This document shows, in pieces, positions 57,728 to 64,000 of a stretch of DNA of 64,000 bases. This DNA comes from a candidate division WWE3 bacterium (GTDB lineage Bacteria; Patescibacteriota; WWE3; UBA101185; UBA10185). The notes beneath the pieces are model-generated. The model was not told where the DNA came from and did not search any database. It saw only the letters and a program-made list of their open reading frames with translations. A program made the position numbers and the translations under genes. The stretch covers positions 629,407 to 693,406 of the forward strand of contig WJKK01000001.1 in the NCBI GenBank assembly GCA_014729135.1. The letters are read 5' to 3'. The first letter of the stretch is position 1. Every line of letters starts with the position of its first letter.

Positions 57728-58024
57728 ATTGGTTTTCTTGAACTGAAAGTATTTTTGAATTCCATTCGTGTAGCTTTTGATTGTTTTTTGGCTGTAATTG
57801 CGAATTTTTAACTCTCGTACAGTTGCTGTTGTTTCTTTTTTGATCTTTTTGTTTCTTATGTTATGATGTCGATAATTAATTTAGAGTGTTATATTAGAAG
57901 CAGTTCGCATAGTATATGAAATTCTGTACACATTACAAAAATACTTCGGATAGTAACGAGTTAAATGAAATATTCTTCTGAAAATTATTTTTATTCTGTA
58001 TTTTTGACACTTTTTTTAACCTAA

Positions 58025-59116
58025 ATGACGGCCGAAGTGATAAGACCAACCCAAGATTTTTCCGATATCCTCAATATTCCTAAAGATGAACTGGAAGACT
58101 CAGTTTGGAGAAACTTTTGGGGTGGCTTGTATGCTGTACGAGAAGAATCTCCAAATATAGCTCGGTTATTCCAAGAAGCTTTAGTCAATCGTAACAAATT
58201 TATTCCAACATCCATTGCTAACTATAGACACCTGATACCACGACCATTCAACTATCTCTTATTGCAAGAAGATCTTGATATAGAAATCGACCGTCTTTCA
58301 GCTATTGATTGGCAAAAGCATATCCGTCGTATTACAACTACCAAATCACGAGAACTATCCAACCTACTCGAGACAAAAACCTTGGCAGTATTTAACAGCA
58401 AACGCTATCTTCCAATATTGTTTTTGAGAGATATGTTAGGTTTTAACACAAATCGATGTGCTGATTTAGGATGCAGTGTGAACTTTGGTTTCACTAAATT
58501 AACCCAAATAACCCCCGATGCGTTCGATACCATTGTAAACCAATTAGACCATAATACTACACCCCAGCCTCTTGATGTTCCTGAATACGAGATTGGTTTT
58601 GACTATCAACAAAGAGATTTGTTATGGACTCAAGCATGTTATTTCCCTCAATATATTCAACATATGCGAAAGAAATTAGGTGAGCTTGAGGACGTATATC
58701 AATCTCAGAATAATCATTTTGAAGCTGTCGATTTGACAAAAAATATTGTTAGTCAAAAACCATCTCTTGAAGAAATTATCGGAACGATGGATGTAGTACA
58801 TGCAAGTCTTGTTTTTTACTTACTTGATGAAGAAGGTCGGAAAGCTTTTACTGATAACGCTTTGAGATTGTTAAAAGAAGGTGGTGCATTTATTCAGACC
58901 GACATGTTTGATCCAGATCTTAAACTAGATAGTGCACGCTCTGTTAGAACTGTAGTGAAATTTAAAGAAAGTGACTATAAATTCTCCCATGGATTAGAAC
59001 TGATTGAGTATGCACACTCAGCTACCAAAGACCATGGACCGTCTGATAGTTGCAATGTGTGGTATCCAGGAAAAGACTGGAACGAACTTAAAAAAAGTGT
59101 CAAAAATACAGAATAA
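58025..59116 (+). CDS. hypothetical protein (possible methyltransferase-like C-terminal region)
   Basis: 363 aa. ALRLLKEGGAFIQTDMF resembles a SAM-MTase LLKPGG segment, but no clear motif I. Confidence 0.35.
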   Translation: MTAEVIRPTQDFSDILNIPKDELEDSVWRNFWGGLYAVREESPNIARLFQEALVNRNKFIPTSIANYRHLIPRPFNYLLLQEDLDIEIDRLSAIDWQKHIRRITTTKSRELSNLLETKTLAVFNSKRYLPILFLRDMLGFNTNRCADLGCSVNFGFTKLTQITPDAFDTIVNQLDHNTTPQPLDVPEYEIGFDYQQRDLLWTQACYFPQYIQHMRKKLGELEDVYQSQNNHFEAVDLTKNIVSQKPSLEEIIGTMDVVHASLVFYLLDEEGRKAFTDNALRLLKEGGAFIQTDMFDPDLKLDSARSVRTVVKFKESDYKFSHGLELIEYAHSATKDHGPSDSCNVWYPGKDWNELKKSVKNTE

Positions 59117-59573
59117 AAATAATTTTCAGAAGAATACATCATTTATTTTTCTCTCTATTGGATTAGTCATAGTACTAATTTATATTGTAGGAGCTATATT
59201 GATAAATCTCGCATTTAAACCGGAAGATAATCCTTATAATTGGAATATAGAAAATTGCACTAAAATAGTAAATCAATACAAAAACGAGAAAAATAAAATT
59301 GATAATTTTGAAGATGGATTCCGTGTTGATCCAGGTCCTCCATTCAGAATCGTTTTCATTAACTATAGAGGTGTAGTTGATAATTGGAATGGTATTATCT
59401 ATGATCCTTCTAAAGAGATAGAAAAAATTATCAATTACGATCAGGTTGGTTGGGAAAGTTGGTGGAATGATCCAAATCTAAACTCATTAAAAAGTATATT
59501 TGGCGGAGATGTTGCTGGTTGTAAAAAAATGGATGATTGGGGTGATGACTGGTATTTTTGCTCATTCACCTGA
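59004..59573 (+). CDS. small membrane-anchored hypothetical protein (true start probably downstream of the overlap with the 58025 ORF)
   Basis: TM helix FIFLSIGLVIVLIYIVGAILINLAF, then a Trp/Asn-rich soluble part. Confidence 0.3.
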   Translation: MSMHTQLPKTMDRLIVAMCGIQEKTGTNLKKVSKIQNKNNFQKNTSFIFLSIGLVIVLIYIVGAILINLAFKPEDNPYNWNIENCTKIVNQYKNEKNKIDNFEDGFRVDPGPPFRIVFINYRGVVDNWNGIIYDPSKEIEKIINYDQVGWESWWNDPNLNSLKSIFGGDVAGCKKMDDWGDDWYFCSFT

Positions 59574-59808
59574 TAATACAAAATTCTTCAACAAAATAAA
59601 TAAGGATGAGGCGGATATAGAAAAAGTAGTGGATTGGATTACACAGAGAGGCTATGGGGAAGATAGGGAATTTCAATTTCACTCATCTACAGACTTAATA
59701 CAACGCAGACAAAACGGTTATTATTTAGAAGAGACCCTAACTTCCTGAAAAAATGCAGAGACGGTACATATAGATGAAAAGGGTAGAATTATCTAGCAAT
59801 CATGTAAA

Positions 59809-60018
59809 AGTTACAAACATAGTCCGCTATGGCCGACCATTTGTCGTTGCGAAGCAACTACAAATGCTTAACAAAATACAAGCACCCTTCCTTTTCTTTA
59901 AAATGGGGGCGTAGTATTTTGTTATGCCTGCAAGTGTTGCAAAGCAACCTTGCAGAACATCGATTAAGAGCAAAGCATTTTTGACGAGCTAATCAGAACA
60001 ACCCAAACTTTTTCAATG
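59809..60018. repeat. attC-like junction: Repeat A variant (AGTTACAAACATAGTCCGCTATGGCCGACCA), two GTTGC-NNN-GCAAC palindromes, and a Repeat B variant (CAGAACAACCCAAACTTTTTCAATG)
   Basis: 29/31 identity to Repeat A; palindromes gttgcgaagcaac (59846-59858) and gttgcaaagcaac (59936-59948). Confidence 0.5.
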
Positions 60019-60031
60019 ATAAACTGTAAAT

Positions 60032-60802
60032 ATGAAAATAACACCTAACAGAATTAGAAAACTGGTGGAAATAGCTTATGTAATAGAGCCACTCTTGGAT
60101 AAAGAGGACTGTACAACAAGGTTTATAGATCTTCCTGGTAAGACAATATATGACTTCATACTTGCTGGATTAAATGTGGGGGAAGTATTTGAAGATTACG
60201 CAAGAAGTGTTCAAGAGCATAATAACAAGGAACTTTTATCCCATTTTGAGAGAGCAGTAAAACTTAGCAATGAATACAAGCATGAAAAGCTAATCAACAT
60301 AGGACTCTTAGAATTTATGTTCGTTGCAGTCAAATCCCGACTTATCTCAAATACATTAGAAAAAAGTTTAGACAACATTAAAAAGGTGCTACAGGATACT
60401 TCTAATGAGGATGTACGAAATGAATACAAGGTCTTTGTTGGCGCACTATCTACATCGGAAAAAGACACAAAAAAATCCTTATGGATTGAAACATATAAAG
60501 ATTTTTTGGGGTTTAATAATCTTCACGAGTACTATTTACACGCTGAAGAAGCACTCTCTAAGGATAAGACTACTGCTAATTACCAGGTAGCTCATGAGTT
60601 TACAGAGGGATTTCCTATATTGAAACAATATGTGAACAGCATTGAAAAAAGTAAGGGACTAATAAAAAGTATTGAAAACACGTATGAAAAACTCCATAAA
60701 GAGAACCCCCAAGTTAAAATAGGTATACTGGCAGATTTTAGTGCTGTAGCAATATTTTTGTACTTAAGCTACCAAGACCCCTCAACATACGTCCTTAACT
60801 AA
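60032..60802 (+). CDS. hypothetical protein
   Basis: 256-aa ORF bounded by junction repeats; no motif recognised. Confidence 0.35.
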   Translation: MKITPNRIRKLVEIAYVIEPLLDKEDCTTRFIDLPGKTIYDFILAGLNVGEVFEDYARSVQEHNNKELLSHFERAVKLSNEYKHEKLINIGLLEFMFVAVKSRLISNTLEKSLDNIKKVLQDTSNEDVRNEYKVFVGALSTSEKDTKKSLWIETYKDFLGFNNLHEYYLHAEEALSKDKTTANYQVAHEFTEGFPILKQYVNSIEKSKGLIKSIENTYEKLHKENPQVKIGILADFSAVAIFLYLSYQDPSTYVLN

Positions 60803-60820
60803 AGTAGAGTTGCCAAAAAA

Positions 60821-60853
60821 AGTTGCAAGCATAATCAGCTATAGGCGATCAAA
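60821..60853. repeat. degenerate Repeat A copy (AGTTGCAAGCATAATCAGCTATAGGCGATCAAA)
   Basis: Shares AAAAAGTTGCAA..CATA.TC.GCTAT.G.CGA..A with Repeat A. Confidence 0.4.
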
Positions 60854-60886
60854 TCTTCACTTTTACTTTTTGTTATAATTTTTAAT

Positions 60887-61318
60887 ATGAAGTACGAATT
60901 TTACATAGCCGCCAGATGGAGAAATAAGGAAAACGTTTTAAAGCTTGCCCGAGGGTTAGAATCACGCAAGAAAATCGCCTACAATTTTATTGAAGGTGAT
61001 GGCGAACAATATGAATTCAAAGAACAAGAAAAAATTTTAGAACCTGAGGAATTAATGGAAAAATTTGAGAGCATTCCTAATTGGAAAAATGATTCAAAAG
61101 TAAAAGAGATATTTGAGGTAGACATACAAGCTATTAAAAATTCCGAGAAGTTGATCCTTTTGCTTCCTGCAGGAAAATCTGCTCACATAGAGGCTGGAAT
61201 AGCCTATGGAATGGGTAAAGAGTGTATTGTTATCGGGGAACAAAAAGAAGCGGAAAGTTTGTACCTCATATTCTCCAAATTTTACGAAACTATCGAAGAT
61301 TTTGTTAAATCAGTATAG
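60887..61318 (+). CDS. hypothetical protein (possibly nucleoside 2-deoxyribosyltransferase-like fold)
   Basis: 143 aa; LILLLPAGKSAHIEAGIAYGMGKECIVIG weakly resembles NDT-family C-terminal motifs. Confidence 0.3.
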   Translation: MKYEFYIAARWRNKENVLKLARGLESRKKIAYNFIEGDGEQYEFKEQEKILEPEELMEKFESIPNWKNDSKVKEIFEVDIQAIKNSEKLILLLPAGKSAHIEAGIAYGMGKECIVIGEQKEAESLYLIFSKFYETIEDFVKSV

Positions 61319-61373
61319 TTGTAAACACAACCCATTGTACTACATGGTGTCGTGAAACAACCCCAACTCCTCC
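61318..61373. repeat. short degenerate junction (AGTTGTAAACACAACCC ... AAACAACCCCAACTCCTCC) resembling Repeat A + Repeat B
   Basis: Partial matches to both repeat cores between two cassette genes. Confidence 0.3.
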
Positions 61374-61390
61374 AATGCTAAAATCAACGC

Positions 61391-61960
61391 ATGTCAGAAA
61401 AAATCCAAAAACTAGAAAACAAACTAACCGAAATAATGTCTCGATGGGGCGGTTTAGATCATGGTCAAGAAACAAGAGAATGGCTCTTAAAGATCGATCC
61501 TCAATCCCCTTGGCAATTACAAATAGCTGCTTTTGCTCATGATATTGAAACTGCAATACCCTACATTGAAGGCATGACTCCAAAAAGGTTCTCTAGAGAA
61601 GATTGTGAAAACTACGACGAGTACAAGGGAAGACATGCTAAAAGAAGCGCACAAGTAATTGAACACATAATGACAACCTACAACTTTCCTAAGGAAGATA
61701 TTAAAAAAGTCTGCAATGCAATAGAAAAACGTGAGGTAGGAGGAGACACAGATAGCGATTTAGTTAGAGACGCCGACAGTATAAGATGGTTCGATAAAAA
61801 AGGACATCCTAAATATATTGAAAATTACGGAATTGATGCTGCTAAAGAGAAAGCTCTGTGGATGTATGAGAGAGCAACGAAAAAAACAAGGGAATTGATT
61901 GATTCGCTACCCTATGATAAAAGAATCAAGAACTACATAGCTCAAAAGGACGCCTCATAA
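61391..61960 (+). CDS. HD domain protein
   Basis: LQIAAFAHDIETAIPY contains the H..HD metal-binding motif. Confidence 0.45.
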   Translation: MSEKIQKLENKLTEIMSRWGGLDHGQETREWLLKIDPQSPWQLQIAAFAHDIETAIPYIEGMTPKRFSREDCENYDEYKGRHAKRSAQVIEHIMTTYNFPKEDIKKVCNAIEKREVGGDTDSDLVRDADSIRWFDKKGHPKYIENYGIDAAKEKALWMYERATKKTRELIDSLPYDKRIKNYIAQKDAS

Positions 61961-62001
61961 AAAGTGCTGTGACGGTATGCATTACAGTCAACCAGTAGAT
62001 A

Positions 62002-62538
62002 TCAAACTTCAATCAAACTTTTCCAATTGTTCTTATAATACTCATAACGCTCCTCAAAAACATCTCGCTTAGTTATGGAAATGCCTAATTTTTCAAACTT
62101 TTTTCTTAATACACCTAAGGTCTTGTCCTTTAAATCCGCAGAAACCATCTTTTCAATCTCAATGATATAACCATAACCTTCCGTATAATCCAAAAACATC
62201 TTGGTACCTTCCCACATATAAACAAGTCTGTTCCTTTTCCATACAATCTCAACAGAAAAACCTAAAGCTTCAAAAAGCCTCTTTAAATTCTCAAAATCCT
62301 TCTTCTTGCATACAATTTCAATTTCTTCTCTAGCCTCATCATGAATTGCTCCTTTTTTAAGCCAGACTTTAGAACCTGAATTATTTAGCTGTATTCTTAG
62401 ATCTTGTTTAGTATCAAAATAATGGGTGATTTGTGTGTCTTGTTTTAAAAACTTTCCATTTTCGTCTAGAAATTTTTTTAAATCATGGTATTTTTTCTCG
62501 TCGATAAAACTGCGAAGTTCGACCTCAACATTTCCCAT
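62002..62538 (-). CDS. CYTH domain protein (class IV adenylyl cyclase / triphosphate tunnel family)
   Basis: N-terminal VEVELRSF is the ExExK/R tunnel motif; ~178 aa is typical of the family. Confidence 0.45.
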   Translation of the reverse strand: MGNVEVELRSFIDEKKYHDLKKFLDENGKFLKQDTQITHYFDTKQDLRIQLNNSGSKVWLKKGAIHDEAREEIEIVCKKKDFENLKRLFEALGFSVEIVWKRNRLVYMWEGTKMFLDYTEGYGYIIEIEKMVSADLKDKTLGVLRKKFEKLGISITKRDVFEERYEYYKNNWKSLIEV

Positions 62539-62647
62539 GGTTTGATTTTAGCAGAGAAGAATTGAAGACAGGCGCTGCTTAGGTTCAGCAAATAAAAACA
62601 GCGCTCTAACAGCACAGCCCGGATTTCTCTAATGTTAAAATGGCAAC

Positions 62648-63199
62648 ATGAACACCAAAATAAAAGACTACACACGGAAAGAAGTGGAAAAAATACTAAA
62701 TGAAAAAAACATGACTTTAAAACAATTTCTTAAACAAATTCAAAAACAAGGGTACCTTTTACACGGTTCCCCTAATTGCAACATAGAAAAATTTGAACCC
62801 AAAGAGCCGGGAGACCTTAGAGGGGGATGGACAACACAAAAAGGAGTATATGCAACTTCCTCAGAACAACCAATTATTTTTTCGCTCATTCACAGAGACA
62901 AAGTTAAAGGTGAGTTTTACTTTGAGTCCGGAAAGACTTCAGATGGGAAAATACTTTACGGAATCTCTAAAGATATTAAAGAAAGCAATGCTATACAACC
63001 CGGGTGCATGTATATATTTGAAAATGAGGGCTTTATAGAAAATCCAAACAATCCCGGAGAATGGATGAATCCGAATCCTGTTAGACCTGTGGGAAAGATA
63101 CCGACTGAATTGGAGGATATAGATGCAGTTATCAGAGTTGTGGAGATTCCACCGGAAGATCAGGACTGGGAAAATTACGAACCAAAGTTTTTAGATTGA
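62648..63199 (+). CDS. hypothetical protein
   Basis: 183-aa ORF; no recognisable motif. Confidence 0.35.
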   Translation: MNTKIKDYTRKEVEKILNEKNMTLKQFLKQIQKQGYLLHGSPNCNIEKFEPKEPGDLRGGWTTQKGVYATSSEQPIIFSLIHRDKVKGEFYFESGKTSDGKILYGISKDIKESNAIQPGCMYIFENEGFIENPNNPGEWMNPNPVRPVGKIPTELEDIDAVIRVVEIPPEDQDWENYEPKFLD

Positions 63200-63235
63200 G
63201 GACCTCACACATATAAAAAGCACGGGGAAACTCCA

Positions 63236-64000
63236 CTACACCACAAAATCAATATACTTAGGCAGATACTCCTTATAAGAATCAATAAAACCCTCCAAAA
63301 CAGCCGGCGACTCCAACAGAGGCTCCAAATCCTTATATAGAAATTCGCTATCAATAACCAACACCTTCTCCTTAAAATCCTCTAGTGCTTTGGAAAGCGT
63401 CTTATCTGCTAACAATACCTTTAAACGCTCAATATTCATTTTCAACTCGAAAGAAGACTTAGAAGACAACTGCAAAAACCAATAAAGATCATATACATCA
63501 CGCCCTTTAAACGGAATCTTCTGAAACTTTCCTTTAAAGAAGGAACGGTTTAAAAATGCTACAAACTTATTAGCAAAAAGCGTAGGTAAGTCATAAGAAG
63601 TAACGAAAAACTGAAACTTACCCGCCGTAATAAGGTTTTTATCCGTATCATAAACTCCTGCGGTCTCCTGTGAAACATCCACACGCACAAATATATCCTC
63701 GGGAATACGATCCTCATAAAATTCAAGCTCCTTAAGAAGAGGAAATTTGAAGTAAACTGTATTCCTATTACCCGAGATAGAATAGTCAATTGTTTTATAC
63801 TGAACTTTTGAACGAAAATACGTCAGCACATCCTTGCTAAACTGCTCAATGTCAAAACTACCTAAAAAGTCAAAATCGAGATCTTCAGACAGGCGATTTA
63901 AACCGTAAACCTTGCGCAAACATGTGCCCCCTGTAAAAAGCAGTTCATTATAGTCGGTGCTTGTAAAAACAAAATTTAAAATGTAATTTTGGATCTCTTC
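63236..64000 (-). CDS. AbiEii/AbiGii-like nucleotidyltransferase, 5' end beyond the window
   Basis: The called ORF starts at a TTG at 63919. The frame stays open upstream to the window edge and encodes ...NELLFTGGTCLRKVYGLNRLSEDLDFDF, the canonical GGTxL...R.SEDLDF motif. So the gene continues past position 64000. Confidence 0.5.
   Translation of the reverse strand, partial: EEIQNYILNFVFTSTDYNELLFTGGTCLRKVYGLNRLSEDLDFDFLGSFDIEQFSKDVLTYFRSKVQYKTIDYSISGNRNTVYFKFPLLKELEFYEDRIPEDIFVRVDVSQETAGVYDTDKNLITAGKFQFFVTSYDLPTLFANKFVAFLNRSFFKGKFQKIPFKGRDVYDLYWFLQLSSKSSFELKMNIERLKVLLADKTLSKALEDFKEKVLVIDSEFLYKDLEPLLESPAVLEGFIDSYKEYLPKYIDFVV

Noticed and set aside
53570-64000. CRISPR array interpretation of the 31-nt Repeat A copies
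   Set aside because: The repeats are separated by 2.5-3 kb of protein-coding genes, not 30-40-nt spacers. The spacing is irregular and no cas genes are present.
53570-64000. Canonical class 1-type integron (IntI plus RYYYAAC/GTTRRRY attC)
   Set aside because: The recombinase is 231 aa and lacks obvious IntI-specific features. The junction repeats do not match the strict R''/R' consensus. The region is therefore reported as integron-like or recombination-site-bounded cassettes, not as a confirmed integron.

Overview
This 64 kb window is low-GC (roughly 38-40% by eye) and gene-dense, with small, tightly packed genes. Housekeeping genes are recognisable from motifs: mpg, dus, ligA, xseA/xseB, corA, pyk, trxB, uppS, a fused ABC exporter, a RecD-like helicase and an SDR. 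There are four tRNAs: Gly-TCC, Arg-TCT, Leu-TAA and Pro-TGG. There is an unusual concentration of eight large polytopic membrane proteins that look like GT-C fold glycosyltransferases (ArnT/PMT-like and GT87-like paralogues). A type IV pilin-like gene carries a start or frameshift defect. A sortase-substrate-like surface protein is also present. The overall gene content is reminiscent of a small-genome Patescibacteria/CPR-type organism; this is inference only.

The most striking structure is the last ~10.5 kb, from tRNA-Pro at 53.4 kb to the window end. A short tyrosine recombinase (57032..57727, minus strand) sits among small, functionally unrelated genes. These include a GNAT, a split PEP-utilising enzyme pair, CYTH, HD and AbiEii-like genes, and several hypotheticals. 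The genes are separated by recurring, highly conserved junction elements: a 31-nt Repeat A (AGTTGCAAACATAGTCCGCTATGGTCGACCA) and a 22-nt Repeat B (ACAGGACAACTCGAACTTTTTT). Repeats A and B carry mutually inverted termini. I interpret this as an integron-like, or attC-like-site bounded, cassette array. The sites and the recombinase do not look like canonical class 1-type attC/IntI.

Other signals:
- A dispersed GGACAGTCC inverted-repeat motif sits in several promoter regions.
- A family of CAAAATRCGAGCG...CGCGAGTATTTTG hairpins occurs near tRNAs.
- A ~300-nt block of tandem hairpin repeats lies immediately downstream of tRNA-Gly.
- Three spaced AAGGATTATCCTT palindromes lie upstream of one GT-C gene.
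- A GC-rich hairpin cluster lies upstream of mpg.
- A GC-rich islet with two tiny ORFs may be a toxin-antitoxin pair.

No rRNA and no CRISPR array were found. All functional calls come from motifs read directly from the provided translations; no database searches were run.
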